A stretch of 52,961 nucleotides of DNA from a virus (Duplodnaviria; Caudoviricetes). The stretch is taken from positions 1 through 52,961 of the IMG/VR virus record IMGVR_UViG_3300042558_001390; one strand, written 5' to 3'. The position numbers were made by a program, and so were the translations under genes. Each line of letters begins with the position of its first letter. The stretch's first letter is position 1. Under the pieces are notes generated by a model that saw only the letters and a list, made by a program, of their open reading frames with translations, made no database searches and was not told where the DNA came from. Positions 27,567 through 38,242 of the stretch are shown piece after piece.

Positions 27567-28330
27567 TATTGAAAAGGATTAAATGCATTATAGTTAGATT
27601 GGTATTGTGGGTTTGAAAACAACATTTGTCTTTGTTTATAAATACTGAATGGATCATACATTGCAGTGGTTCTATTCTGATACAATGGTATCATAGGAAG
27701 ATTAGCCGTAGGTTTTTGAGGAGCAGAACTTACCACTCCTTGTGCAGTAAGTGGACCTATTGACTCTGCAGCATCTTCTCCAAAAAACAAAGGAACCATA
27801 TCCAAACCTTGTTGAAGAGTAGATGTTACTCCTTGGTATGCTTGTTCTGTAGATGCTGCTGCAGCTTCCTCGGCATCTCTTGCTGCTAATTGAGCTCCTT
27901 CAACTTCTCCTAAATCTAACTGCACGTTTAAGTCTCTAAGTCTGCTATCTTCATTTATAATATCTTTCTCAATATCAGTCATCTCTTGACCCATAGCACT
28001 TCTAATGTCTGCTTGTCCTTGATTCATAGCCATTTGAACTTTACCAGCTGTAACCTCCGCACCTCTATCGCTCTCAACACCTTGCTGAAGAGCTTGTGCT
28101 CCTGATGATAAAATAGCTTCTCTAGCAAGTTCGTATGGTTCTTTTTGAATAGAACGATTTTTAGCAAAATTAACCTCAAGTTTTTTTCTTGCTTCAGCCA
28201 TTGCTTGTGCTGCTTTAGCTTCCGCTGCTCGTTGAGCCTTTTTTTGTTTACCTGCCTGAATAAATGAATTTGTAGTTGATGCTGCTGTTATAGCTAAACC
28301 ACCTATTGCTACCGCTGTTGCTACTCCCAT
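27566..28330 (-). CDS. Probable internal virion / DNA ejection protein
   Basis: Hydrophobic Gly/Ala N-terminus followed by Ala/Gln-rich helices. Confidence 0.65.
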   Translation of the reverse strand: MGVATAVAIGGLAITAASTTNSFIQAGKQKKAQRAAEAKAAQAMAEARKKLEVNFAKNRSIQKEPYELAREAILSSGAQALQQGVESDRGAEVTAGKVQMAMNQGQADIRSAMGQEMTDIEKDIINEDSRLRDLNVQLDLGEVEGAQLAARDAEEAAAASTEQAYQGVTSTLQQGLDMVPLFFGEDAAESIGPLTAQGVVSSAPQKPTANLPMIPLYQNRTTAMYDPFSIYKQRQMLFSNPQYQSNYNAFNPFQ

Positions 28331-28331
28331 A

Positions 28332-28736
28332 TTATAGTATTTTTATCATTTCACTTGTGTATGAATCTCCTTTAATATAACCAAGGCTTTCATACGTTTT
28401 AATTAAACTATCGTTTTTTATTAGAGCGTAAGCGTATTTGCTTCCCGACATTTTACTAAGATTAGTTAAAGTGTCTATAAGCATTGTTATAGCTTCTCTT
28501 CTTTTCTCTCTATATTCTTTATTTGAAATTATCCAATCAACCCAAGCTACTCTTGAATTGGTTATATAAATAAATCCTGCACAAACAGGAATATCTCCGT
28601 CATATACAATATATCCTCCCTTTCCATCATCAGGAAGAAAGTCTTTCTTAGGTGCTATCCAACCCCAATCTTTCCACCAACCAACAAGTATATCTTGGTA
28701 GTCGTTTTCGTTAAGTTGTCTAATAGTTAATTCCAT
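28332..28736 (-). CDS. GNAT-fold protein of the morphogenesis module
   Basis: IRQLNENDY, GYIVYDGDIPVCAGF, YESLGY; position preceding ejection genes. Confidence 0.7.
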   Translation of the reverse strand: MELTIRQLNENDYQDILVGWWKDWGWIAPKKDFLPDDGKGGYIVYDGDIPVCAGFIYITNSRVAWVDWIISNKEYREKRREAITMLIDTLTNLSKMSGSKYAYALIKNDSLIKTYESLGYIKGDSYTSEMIKIL

Positions 28737-28743
28737 ACAGAGA

Positions 28744-28751
28744 CAAAGATA
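28744..28751 (-). promoter_or_regulatory. Bacteroidota-type -7 element (TATCTTTG on - strand)
   Basis: CAAAGATA on + strand, 7 nt from ATG of the GNAT gene. Confidence 0.5.
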
Positions 28752-28757
28752 ATAAAA

Positions 28758-29591
28758 TTAAGGGAAACTTTTCATTACTTCAGATTCAACTGCAAATAAT
28801 TCAATTTTTGAGTTTAAAGAATTTGTCAGAGTGAATACGCAATAATGTCCTAAAACCCCGTGAGACTCAGCAACTGAGTTCTTAATGTAGAAGAAAAAGT
28901 TAACATTCCCCGGAATTGGAATTGAGACAGGAGAAACCATTGCGTTGTTTATAACTATTTGGTTTATTCCATTTGGTAAGTCTACATTTATAGCTGTAAC
29001 TTGACCTGCAAAACTTGGATTGGGATGTCCGAAATAAACATAATCTCCAATACTAATGATATTACCAATTGATATTAGTGGAGATACGCTAAAGTTTATT
29101 GTGGCAGAAGTAGTACCTGAACCTATTACGGTTAAGCTATTTCCTACACCATTCAAACTTCTTAGTGCAAACTCTCCAATAGTATTATTTCTAACAAACG
29201 CATAATAAGAGGCTTCTTTCTTCTCAAGCCAAGATTGATTAATAAATCCTGAAGCCTGTAAATCAGTTATTAATGTAGCTCCCCAAGGTGCGTCTCCCTC
29301 TATATTTATGGTTTTAAATAACTTGTTTTCAAGAGCAGCATTATTAAAAACACTCTTAATACTCGTTGGAGTAAAAGCAAGTGGAGATGGGTCAGGATTA
29401 ATAATATCTACAATGTCCCACCAAGGTTGATAGAATGTATTTCTCGCTTGGTTTACATTATGTCTGTATATGTTTCCACCCTTAAATGTGTAAAAATAGT
29501 TATTCATTCCAATCATCCAATCAGGATAATAAGAATAGAAAGATACCCAACCGGCAACCCCTTCGCTATATGATAAAGTATAATTTGACAT
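28758..29591 (-). CDS. Tail protein (C-terminal part of tail stabilisation/nozzle protein family)
   Basis: TLSYSE..GWVSFYSY, YTFKGG, KLFKTINIEG, KKEASYYA, ELFAVESE. Confidence 0.65.
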   Translation of the reverse strand: MSNYTLSYSEGVAGWVSFYSYYPDWMIGMNNYFYTFKGGNIYRHNVNQARNTFYQPWWDIVDIINPDPSPLAFTPTSIKSVFNNAALENKLFKTINIEGDAPWGATLITDLQASGFINQSWLEKKEASYYAFVRNNTIGEFALRSLNGVGNSLTVIGSGTTSATINFSVSPLISIGNIISIGDYVYFGHPNPSFAGQVTAINVDLPNGINQIVINNAMVSPVSIPIPGNVNFFFYIKNSVAESHGVLGHYCVFTLTNSLNSKIELFAVESEVMKSFP

Positions 29592-29592
29592 A

Positions 29593-30561
29593 TTAAATAC
29601 AATTTGTTATTGCTACTACTACTCCGTTATTCACTTCTATTACGCCATTTGGCGATGCTACATTTGTAGTACGATAATAGCCATTTGCCAATGGAAATTG
29701 TCCGTTTACATCTGTAAATACATAATCGTATAATCCAACAAAAGTATCTGCTGCTGTATGAACTTTTGCAAAATAAAAAGTATTAGGAAGAGCTGTAGCG
29801 CAAGGAATAGATGCCGATGCAAACAAATTAGAAGCAGGGAAAGTTGGCAATGCTGCCGGACAAGCTGCTGAAAAACTCCAACCGGTACTTGTACAAGGAC
29901 CAATCATCTCGATTAATAGTGCACTTGGTGTTGCTGTAGGTTTTGGTATTACCATTATACATTGACTCATATTTGACGATGTTATAAAGTAATCAGGTAG
30001 TAAAGTAGGGGCTGATGAAGTTCCTACTATTACATCTGTTTGCGTGCCTCCTGTAAGAGCAAAACTACTTGTTGCAGGATTATATAAGTACACGGGATTT
30101 GTTTGTGTTGTACCTGCCGGATACCAAGATGTACAAACACTTGTAAAACTTGCAGTTCCTATAATTGCAAAGTGCCCGGGGTTAGGACATTGGAATGGTC
30201 CATTAACAGGAGAAGATATTTTGTTATACACAACTCCATTATAAGTAGCTCTAATTCCATCAGGTACACTTTGTGGGTTAAACATAATGATAATAGCACC
30301 TGTTCCTAAGCTACCAACATCTAAATTAACTTGGTAAACACCGGTGCTTCCACTACCACTAATAGATGTTCCGCAAGGTGTAGGACAAGGAGATACACAA
30401 GGCTCAGAAGTTAAAAGTATTCCTGATGACTGCTCTCTTGTTATTGTTCCATCTCCATAAAATCCATCGGGAGCTATATTTGATAATGATAAGTCTAAAT
30501 ATACAGCTGTAGCTGTAGCTAAATCAGCGGAATCTAAAAAAAAGGGTGCATTTATTGCCAT
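29593..30561 (-). CDS. Putative virion structural / adhesin-like protein
   Basis: Beta-rich, Thr/Ser/Gly/Cys-rich; shares a repeat with the C-terminus of the 1619 aa gene. Confidence 0.6.
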   Translation of the reverse strand: MAINAPFFLDSADLATATAVYLDLSLSNIAPDGFYGDGTITREQSSGILLTSEPCVSPCPTPCGTSISGSGSTGVYQVNLDVGSLGTGAIIIMFNPQSVPDGIRATYNGVVYNKISSPVNGPFQCPNPGHFAIIGTASFTSVCTSWYPAGTTQTNPVYLYNPATSSFALTGGTQTDVIVGTSSAPTLLPDYFITSSNMSQCIMVIPKPTATPSALLIEMIGPCTSTGWSFSAACPAALPTFPASNLFASASIPCATALPNTFYFAKVHTAADTFVGLYDYVFTDVNGQFPLANGYYRTTNVASPNGVIEVNNGVVVAITNCI

Positions 30562-30575
30562 ATTGTTTAATTAAA

Positions 30576-33500
30576 TTAAGTTATACAATCGCATTCGATA
30601 TTAGTTATGGTTATGCTTGTCGTAGAATAAGGAGCTCCAACAGAGCAATATACAACATTTGTTGCTGAAGCTAATAGTGGTAAACTTGTCAATACTCCAT
30701 TTTGGTCATAAAAGAAAACTGTCGTATTAAAAGCTTCGTTGTTTGTTACTTGATAGTAATTGTATGGCGTTGTACACGTTAAATCACAACTACAACAAAC
30801 ATCAAGTGCACTTGTTCCAAAACATAAGTCAACTTCAACACCACAAGGAGCACAAGGTTGTTGAGGTAATAATATTCCATTTACAAGCTCTCTTACTATA
30901 CCATCAGCAGAATAGAATCCATTTGACGCAAATGTAGTCATATTTATATCTGTAAATATTGAAGTTGAATTTGCAAAAGAAGCATTTAAGTAATAGTTGC
31001 CCGGAACACAGTTACAACAAGAATCAATTCTTGTAGTTCCAAAACAAAGTTCAGCCGGTATAGCATCTCTCAAGTCCCAAATTAAATATAAGAACTCTCC
31101 GTTTGCGCTTGGAGGAACTATAAAGTCCGCATAAAACAAAGGCGTACTTCCTAAGTTTGGAGTAGCTGTAGTTGAAGCTGCTAATAAAGACTGAATGTCG
31201 ATGTCGTTATTATCAAATAATACAGGGCTTCTAAAGTATTTAAACTTATCTTGAGCTAAATTAAAATCAAAAGTATCAGGTACTATCTTATTGGTAGATA
31301 GCCTCATAGTGCTTGAATCAGTAGGGAATCCTCCTGAACCTACAAAACCTGAAGTTATATTATATCTTGATACAAGCGGAGTATTTGTGCCACTTCCAAA
31401 AACAACTAAATTAGATAACAATGGACCAACAAAAGCTCCATCAATATATCTGTATTGCGTATGAATAGTTTTACCTGCTTCGGAATTATTAGTAAGCACA
31501 ACCTCTACAATGTTTAAAATTTTTGCCTGACAACAATCAGCTAAAATAGAAACAACCATATCTCCTGTATAAGTAAGTGTTATCTGTGCCGTTTCAACCA
31601 AGACATTGTCTTTATCAAAGAAAATGTTTCCATCAACATTTGTATTTCCCGAAGAAACTATTGTTCCATTATAATTCACTTCAATATTTAAAACAGCACC
31701 TACCTCAATATTTGTAAACATCCAACTAACTTTAGATGAACCAACAAGAGGTCCTAAATTAACACAATATGTAAACTGTTTAGATTCCTCATCTACTGAC
31801 AATGTAAATGTCTGACTTACACCACAACTTAAACACTGAGGATTTGAAGGAAGCAACTCTTCGTTCACACTTAAAACATACTCATTCATATAAGGGTCAA
31901 ACCCTCCAAGTTTTTGAGTATTGAAAGAATTATTAAAGGTATCTCTAAACCAAGTTCTCATACTTTGTTCAGATATTACTACCAATTGGTCATTTGAACT
32001 TGAGTTTCCTTTTAATTGAATCACAGCGCCACGTTTTACATCTGTAAAATATCTATCATATCCCCATTGAACATAACTCTCAGGATTAAAACTAATACCG
32101 TACTTTTCAGTACGAGCTATTTGCGTTCCTAAAACCTCAGGAGTCGCTGTAATTATATTTCCGGCACTTGCATCAGATAATAAATTTTTACCTGCTAAAA
32201 CATAAGATATTTTATCTTCCTGTAAAGTAAGTACATCTGTCTCTCTTCCGTCTAATATAAATATCTCTCCAAAAGAAGCCTCGCAGTTTTTGTAATTAGA
32301 TAATCCTTTATTGAACTCATTAAGTCTATTTACGTTGGTTTCCTGATTATAGTTACCACTATAGGTAATATCAGAAAATCTGTCTGCTTCTTTGTAATCC
32401 TGTTCTGCCACTGTAGTAACGCGCTCTCCTAAATTGAAACTTCTTCCAACTATAGAGTCATTTATTTTATAACTTTCAGCACCGTTACCAAAAGAGTAAC
32501 AGTTGTAAAATCCTGTGTCAATAATACCAGGGACTAGATTAGTTTGGTCTTGAACATTTCCTAAATGGTATCCGTAGGCATCAATAGCAAATGATAAATT
32601 ATTCTCAAAGAATACGTCAGGTAAAGCATCAGATGGTTGTGTTTCAAATATTATAGTATCTAAAGCTCTAAATACTTGAATATTAGCATATACAAAAAAC
32701 CTCCTTCTATCTCTAGTGCCTCCTCTACAACTTTGCCCTGACGTCATATTCAACCAAAGTCTATTAGTTGCAGTATCTCTATTGAATTGAAGATGACAAA
32801 TATTAAAAGAATAGGTAGGGTCACCAAACCCAGGTATAAAATTAATACTTGCACCATCTGTAGTTGCACGAGTTAATGTTGTACTAATATTATCTCCAAT
32901 CCACCACTCATACATATTATCATAATTTCTTGATGATGTAAAAGTACTTGAATATTCAGCATATAATCTCTCACATTTACCAGCTACACCTGCCCTCTCT
33001 CCTTTTAAATATATTGTTATCTTACTTCCAGCAGGAACACTATAATCTTCATACTCCCAAGTAGGGTGCAAAGGGTCATATCCTAATGTTTTTTGAATAT
33101 TCATAGGATATTGTAACGTAACATAATAAACATTATCATAACTTACTGATGTTTTAGCAGAAAGTTCTCCAGGAGCTATAGTGGAAAGAGGATCTATTAC
33201 AAGATTAAAAGTGCTTGGATTTATTTTCATATAAATTCCAGCAAGAACTACTACATTTTCTTTTGGCGTTATAAAATTAGAAGCTTGAGCTGTTTTTTCA
33301 AGAACTGTAGCTATAGCACAAGTTTGAGAAGGTCCGTTTGTATCTGCTTTAACTAATAACTTATCTCCGTTTTCTACTTTTTTCATATTCTCCCCTTCTA
33401 ATAAAAACCAAGCAAAGTTAGTTTGAGGATCTGTAAAAAATATATTAGAGTAAATTGTTTCGTAATTCTCTTGGTCAGGTTTTATTACAAACTTATATCT

Positions 33501-35435
33501 TTTAGCCCAAGAAGGAGCAATTTGAGTAGGGGGTATTGTAACTCTGATACTATTCTTATTTGCAGAATAACCACAAGGTACAAACACAGTATTATTTTGA
33601 CTCACTAAAGCCGTTGTAGCTCTATTAAACTCATCCATATAGACAATACCAACTTCATAACCTCTATTACTATGAAGACTTGATGGTGTTGCTATTTTTT
33701 GATAAGTAGCATCTGCAAATACACTAGAATAGTATTCATACACAGTTTGAGTAGGCGTAACAATATCATCTACATACTTCATTGCAGGTACTTGGAAACC
33801 TATAGAACTACTAGCTGGTGTAGTTATTATTTTAAAAGGCTCTGATATATTGTTAATTCCACTTGCTATCTTTGTAAATACACCTAAATTAATAGGAACT
33901 ACACAGTTAAATTGGTCTGTAAATGTGGTTCCTGTACAAGCTGTTGACACAGGCTCTATATTTGCTACAGTACCTATTGCTTCAACAAATTCAGGACTTG
34001 ATGCTAAAGCATATACAGATGAATAATTTGTGCTTAAAAAGAATGTAAAATCTAAGTCAAATACATCAGTTGTTTCGGTAGGAAAAAGTGGATCTCCTGT
34101 AAATGTTGAATGTTCAAATGAAATTTGAAGGGTAATTGAAGAACCTGCAATTAATTCTAATCCTGTTAAATCAATATAAACAATAGAATTAGGTATAGAT
34201 TCTCCTACAGCCGAAGGGTCTATATTATAAAGTCCGCTAGTTGCAGAATCAGGAATATCTTCATTTCCTATTTGTTCTGTTATTAAAGTAGTGATGTATT
34301 CAAATTTTACAGGAACTTTATTCTTGTCAACTAAATCATAACCCTCAACATAGTTTCCATACATCAACCTATTACCCATAATAGTTTGAGCTTTGGCAAA
34401 ACGTGGAACATTATCATAAAGTCTTAAAATTTCAGCTTCATTTAATACTGTAAATATTTTACTATTATTGAATGAATATTGTAAAACTTGATTATTTACA
34501 CCCCCTAAATCCTCTGCCTTATTAAGTTTTTCAATAATCTTAATAATATTCTTATTTGACTCTTTAAACAATAAATCAATACCAACTACAAGAGGTCCTC
34601 CTGAATTGTATTTTATAATAGCTGTATTACAGCTATTTTTCATACCTTCATTAAGCATACTATTGGTACTAAACTCAAAAGTCCCTGGTATAAATGCAGG
34701 TTCAGACCATTGAGATGTAGCTGAATATTCTCCATCTGCATATTTATATCTATAGGCAAAACATATAAACCTTGTTTCTAAGAAATTCTCTTGACCACTT
34801 GTTATAATTGGGGTCACAATAGGAGATTCTGTCGGTGGTTTTTTAATTACAAGAATAGATTCTTTTAATATCTCAGGAAAAGACGCTGATAAAGATGGTG
34901 TATAGTAGTCAATGTTGCTCGGAGATGGATTAGCATAATTTTTTTTAATGTTAATTACTCTTGGAGGATTATAATCGTCTGTAAAAAATAATAAATCTTC
35001 AATTATGTTTACACCTGTGATTAAATATGCAGCATTAAAGTTTAACGTAGTATTTATACCACCCCCATCGTCTATACTTACGATATGATAAGTAAGAACA
35101 TCGAAATAAACGTTGTATGAAACTATTAAATCAAGTTTGCCTGTAGCTCCAACTGTAAAAGTTGGATCGTGAACAAACCAATAAATGGTTTCTCTTGCAC
35201 TATCTTCTATAGCACCAATACATCTTGCATTTACGCTAAGAGGAGTTCCATCTATATACGATAATTCAGTTAATGGAGAATTCCCTTTTGTATTAGATAT
35301 AACACCAACCTCAGAATTTTCGGTTGACCCCATTCTGATATTCATAGCGTCAATATACTCTCCATCAGGAACTAATCGTTCATCAACGACTTTGTTCATT
35401 CTCCCTGATATAAAATTTCTTGTTACGTTTGCCAT
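30576..35435 (-). CDS. Tail stabilisation (nozzle) protein, crAss-like / P22 gp10-like position
   Basis: MNKVVDERLVPDGEYIDAMN, LFFTDDYNPPRVIN, GNRLMYGNY, YGISFNPES, YFTDVKRGAV. Confidence 0.8.
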   Translation of the reverse strand: MANVTRNFISGRMNKVVDERLVPDGEYIDAMNIRMGSTENSEVGVISNTKGNSPLTELSYIDGTPLSVNARCIGAIEDSARETIYWFVHDPTFTVGATGKLDLIVSYNVYFDVLTYHIVSIDDGGGINTTLNFNAAYLITGVNIIEDLLFFTDDYNPPRVINIKKNYANPSPSNIDYYTPSLSASFPEILKESILVIKKPPTESPIVTPIITSGQENFLETRFICFAYRYKYADGEYSATSQWSEPAFIPGTFEFSTNSMLNEGMKNSCNTAIIKYNSGGPLVVGIDLLFKESNKNIIKIIEKLNKAEDLGGVNNQVLQYSFNNSKIFTVLNEAEILRLYDNVPRFAKAQTIMGNRLMYGNYVEGYDLVDKNKVPVKFEYITTLITEQIGNEDIPDSATSGLYNIDPSAVGESIPNSIVYIDLTGLELIAGSSITLQISFEHSTFTGDPLFPTETTDVFDLDFTFFLSTNYSSVYALASSPEFVEAIGTVANIEPVSTACTGTTFTDQFNCVVPINLGVFTKIASGINNISEPFKIITTPASSSIGFQVPAMKYVDDIVTPTQTVYEYYSSVFADATYQKIATPSSLHSNRGYEVGIVYMDEFNRATTALVSQNNTVFVPCGYSANKNSIRVTIPPTQIAPSWAKRYKFVIKPDQENYETIYSNIFFTDPQTNFAWFLLEGENMKKVENGDKLLVKADTNGPSQTCAIATVLEKTAQASNFITPKENVVVLAGIYMKINPSTFNLVIDPLSTIAPGELSAKTSVSYDNVYYVTLQYPMNIQKTLGYDPLHPTWEYEDYSVPAGSKITIYLKGERAGVAGKCERLYAEYSSTFTSSRNYDNMYEWWIGDNISTTLTRATTDGASINFIPGFGDPTYSFNICHLQFNRDTATNRLWLNMTSGQSCRGGTRDRRRFFVYANIQVFRALDTIIFETQPSDALPDVFFENNLSFAIDAYGYHLGNVQDQTNLVPGIIDTGFYNCYSFGNGAESYKINDSIVGRSFNLGERVTTVAEQDYKEADRFSDITYSGNYNQETNVNRLNEFNKGLSNYKNCEASFGEIFILDGRETDVLTLQEDKISYVLAGKNLLSDASAGNIITATPEVLGTQIARTEKYGISFNPESYVQWGYDRYFTDVKRGAVIQLKGNSSSNDQLVVISEQSMRTWFRDTFNNSFNTQKLGGFDPYMNEYVLSVNEELLPSNPQCLSCGVSQTFTLSVDEESKQFTYCVNLGPLVGSSKVSWMFTNIEVGAVLNIEVNYNGTIVSSGNTNVDGNIFFDKDNVLVETAQITLTYTGDMVVSILADCCQAKILNIVEVVLTNNSEAGKTIHTQYRYIDGAFVGPLLSNLVVFGSGTNTPLVSRYNITSGFVGSGGFPTDSSTMRLSTNKIVPDTFDFNLAQDKFKYFRSPVLFDNNDIDIQSLLAASTTATPNLGSTPLFYADFIVPPSANGEFLYLIWDLRDAIPAELCFGTTRIDSCCNCVPGNYYLNASFANSTSIFTDINMTTFASNGFYSADGIVRELVNGILLPQQPCAPCGVEVDLCFGTSALDVCCSCDLTCTTPYNYYQVTNNEAFNTTVFFYDQNGVLTSLPLLASATNVVYCSVGAPYSTTSITITNIECDCIT

Positions 35436-35436
35436 A

Positions 35437-36360
35437 CTATTTAATTATCTTGTCCATTCCTCTTAAATTCATAAGAAGTCTTCCCGGGTGGATATTGCTA
35501 ATTCTTATTTTTGCATTTCTAAACAATGCCGTCTTTTCTTTTCTTGCACGAGCAACAATATATTCTTGCACTCCAAGTTTTGAATTAAGTATTTCGTAAG
35601 TAATGTAAGCGTAAACATATTTTTCAAACAACTTATTTACACTAATTAAAGAGTCGTCTCCACTTTCCATTCCGTCAGAAACATACTCAAGAATACAAGA
35701 GTGTCCTGCCATACTTGAATCAAAATTAATAACTCCTGCCTTTTTATCAATATTGAAAGTAGGATTGAAATTTGCTGTTTCGGTATTTAACCCAAATCTA
35801 TCTCCAATACCTACTTCAAAATACCACATACCATCATAATTCCAACCATACTGACCATTAAATTGATTGCCTTGATTTAGGTATATACTTTTTTTACTTC
35901 TTGTAAGTCTATCGTAATCAATATTAGAGTACTGAGGCTCAAGAATATTTCCGTTTTGGTCAAATAAAATGTTACCACTTTGGTCTTGAAGATACGCTTT
36001 TGATGACATTACCTGAATGTTTTCCGTTAATGGTCTTAACCAACCATCTTTATACAAAGATATTCTTACCCAATTAACAAAGTCAGAAGGCAGAACAAAT
36101 CTAAGTGCATCAGATACAGTTAGTTCTAAAACTTTTACTTCTTTAAAAGCATCATAATTAAGCTCTTGAATACCACGTTTTGCGTGAAACAAAATTTTGT
36201 AACGCTCTTCATTGTTTATTAAAGAGTGGTTTCCATAATACATCAGCATATAGTTATTAACTATATCTTCAAGACTTATATATTGATAAGAACCCCAATT
36301 TGCATCTTCAGGTTGATTACCATTATTGTCATAATATTCGTATTGAGATAAATAAGCCAT
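35437..36360 (-). CDS. Tail tubular / ring protein
   Basis: AKRGIQELNYD, LPSDFVNWVRI, LEYVSDG; position. Confidence 0.7.
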   Translation of the reverse strand: MAYLSQYEYYDNNGNQPEDANWGSYQYISLEDIVNNYMLMYYGNHSLINNEERYKILFHAKRGIQELNYDAFKEVKVLELTVSDALRFVLPSDFVNWVRISLYKDGWLRPLTENIQVMSSKAYLQDQSGNILFDQNGNILEPQYSNIDYDRLTRSKKSIYLNQGNQFNGQYGWNYDGMWYFEVGIGDRFGLNTETANFNPTFNIDKKAGVINFDSSMAGHSCILEYVSDGMESGDDSLISVNKLFEKYVYAYITYEILNSKLGVQEYIVARARKEKTALFRNAKIRISNIHPGRLLMNLRGMDKIIK

Positions 36361-36371
36361 ATCTTAAAAAA

Positions 36372-37328
36372 TTATTGTAAATTGTTTTGTTGTTCTTGAA
36401 CCATACTAAATTGAGTAACTTCAGCCTCTCTAATTGATATACCACAATATTGTAATATCTTCATTACTAACCTATATGTATCTTCGTATGGAAGTTCAAA
36501 ATCTTGATAATCAGATTGTGATTGGTCAAAAACAGGTTCTCCATTTGCTAACGTAATATATGTCCATTTTGGCGGTAAAGGGTGTCTAAAGTAAACTGCT
36601 TCAACTTGTCCAAATTGATTTATTGTTTTAGGATAAATATTTATATAATCTCCTTCTAATGTATATGAAGGAAACATATTGTTTGGCTGAGTTAATAAAG
36701 AGCTATTTAGCATAGTTATTTTACCAACGCTTACTTTTTCTGCTTCTTTTGCTGCTTGAGAAATTATAAGATAATTTACAGGAGCCGTTAAGAAGATATT
36801 AGAATCCAATACTATTGTTGTATCTGAAGATACAAAGACAACTCTTGCTGTCTTTCTTGTATTTACATTCACCACTATGTCACCCGGTGTAATTTCAAAA
36901 TCAGTAAATTGACCTGAAGAAGATTTAAGAACATTTAGCCCAACCACATCATTAGTTCCTGCGCAAATAATATTTGTATGACAAAGCATTTTTAAAATGT
37001 AATACGCTGTGTTTCCTGTAGTTGTAACAGAAGGAACAGAAAAAGAATTACTGCCTGGAAGTGAAGGAGTGGTCGCAGGATTAGACAAAAAGTTTGTAAC
37101 TAAAAACCCCTCTATTGTTTCAGCAATAGGACCTTCAACTTCAGCATAATCACTTCCTGCGGCACGGGCATTTTCAGCATTTATAGCTTTATTATAACCA
37201 CTGAAGTAATCTTCAAATATCTCCATTTGTGCATTTAAAGCATACAAATTAAAATCAGATGGAGATATATATCCATAATTATTCTTATTTAGAACGGATA
37301 ATACTGTATTTCTAACTTCGTTTATCAT
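36372..37328 (-). CDS. Tail tubular / head-tail adaptor protein
   Basis: VLNKNNYGYISPSDFN, PKWTY, DFELP; position. Confidence 0.7.
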   Translation of the reverse strand: MINEVRNTVLSVLNKNNYGYISPSDFNLYALNAQMEIFEDYFSGYNKAINAENARAAGSDYAEVEGPIAETIEGFLVTNFLSNPATTPSLPGSNSFSVPSVTTTGNTAYYILKMLCHTNIICAGTNDVVGLNVLKSSSGQFTDFEITPGDIVVNVNTRKTARVVFVSSDTTIVLDSNIFLTAPVNYLIISQAAKEAEKVSVGKITMLNSSLLTQPNNMFPSYTLEGDYINIYPKTINQFGQVEAVYFRHPLPPKWTYITLANGEPVFDQSQSDYQDFELPYEDTYRLVMKILQYCGISIREAEVTQFSMVQEQQNNLQ

Positions 37329-37343
37329 CTTAAATCTTTTTTA

Positions 37344-37351
37344 CAAATATA
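37344..37351 (-). promoter_or_regulatory. Bacteroidota-type -7 element (TATATTTG on - strand)
   Basis: CAAATATA on + strand just upstream of tail gene start 37328. Confidence 0.6.
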
Positions 37352-37354
37352 CAT

Positions 37355-37383
37355 AAAAAAAAGCACAGAAATAAATCTGTGCT
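37355..37383 (-). terminator. Intrinsic terminator
   Basis: AGCACAGA-N6-TCTGTGCT with A tract on + strand (T tract on -). Confidence 0.8.
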
Positions 37384-37413
37384 AATTTCCGATCAGGGAC
37401 AGCCCAATCCAAG

Positions 37414-38157
37414 TTATTCGCTAAGAATAGCCTCTAACATTTTTAATGCGTCTAATCCTTCATCACTTTGAAGATAATGTCCTGCCATTTCATAAGGGTC
37501 TTCCCCGAATGGTATTGATAACATTTTCTTCTTGTTAGTTGAAGTGTTAAACCAAACTTCTCTGTCGTTATTTCTTAATGCTAATAGTTTACTCTCGAAG
37601 AATAAACGAACTTTAGCTTGGAATTGTAACTCAGGGTCGTTCAATATATTTAGAAAATCTCTCGGTTCTGATTTAGCATAAACCAAAATATCTCTCTTCA
37701 GAATATCTGACGGATAAATAGAAGGGTCTTTACCAAACATTACGCGTGTAAGTGTTTCAATTTGTTCAATAGAAAGTTCTCTTGCTGCAATTAACGCATC
37801 TATTTCAAGATTCATATCTGCAACTTCTTCTTCTGCTTCTTTTTGTTCGTCCACTTCAATAAACACATTCCCATTTAAAGGGTGGTAGTGAAGAAACTCT
37901 TGTAGCACAGGATTTGTTTTTGAAACACTCAAGAATCCATCTTCAAAGATAATTGGTTCTACTATAGCGTTTCCGTCTTGTTCGTCCTCAAAAGGACTTT
38001 TTTGGTTTACAGCATATCTTAATGCTCTGTTTTGTTGCTTGTCTTCATCAAACCACATTAAAGGAAAACGTGGGTGGTTTCTTGATGCTAAACTATAGGA
38101 AAGTGGACTTCCTGATTTCAATTTATAGACCTTGTCTACTAATTTTAATTTTGCCAT
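37414..38157 (-). CDS. Hypothetical protein downstream of major capsid gene
   Basis: 247 aa ORF in head module. Confidence 0.75.
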   Translation of the reverse strand: MAKLKLVDKVYKLKSGSPLSYSLASRNHPRFPLMWFDEDKQQNRALRYAVNQKSPFEDEQDGNAIVEPIIFEDGFLSVSKTNPVLQEFLHYHPLNGNVFIEVDEQKEAEEEVADMNLEIDALIAARELSIEQIETLTRVMFGKDPSIYPSDILKRDILVYAKSEPRDFLNILNDPELQFQAKVRLFFESKLLALRNNDREVWFNTSTNKKKMLSIPFGEDPYEMAGHYLQSDEGLDALKMLEAILSE

Positions 38158-38191
38158 TTTTATAAATATTAAATTCGATTTGATTTACTTT

Positions 38192-38228
38192 AAAAAATAT
38201 AGAGAGCGCCATTAAAGACACTCCCTAT
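38192..38228 (-). terminator. Intrinsic terminator after major capsid gene
   Basis: On - strand ATAGGGAGTGTC-N6-GGCGCTCTCTAT (G.U pairs) followed by T run. Confidence 0.7.
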
Positions 38229-38242
38229 TTTTTATGCTTCTA

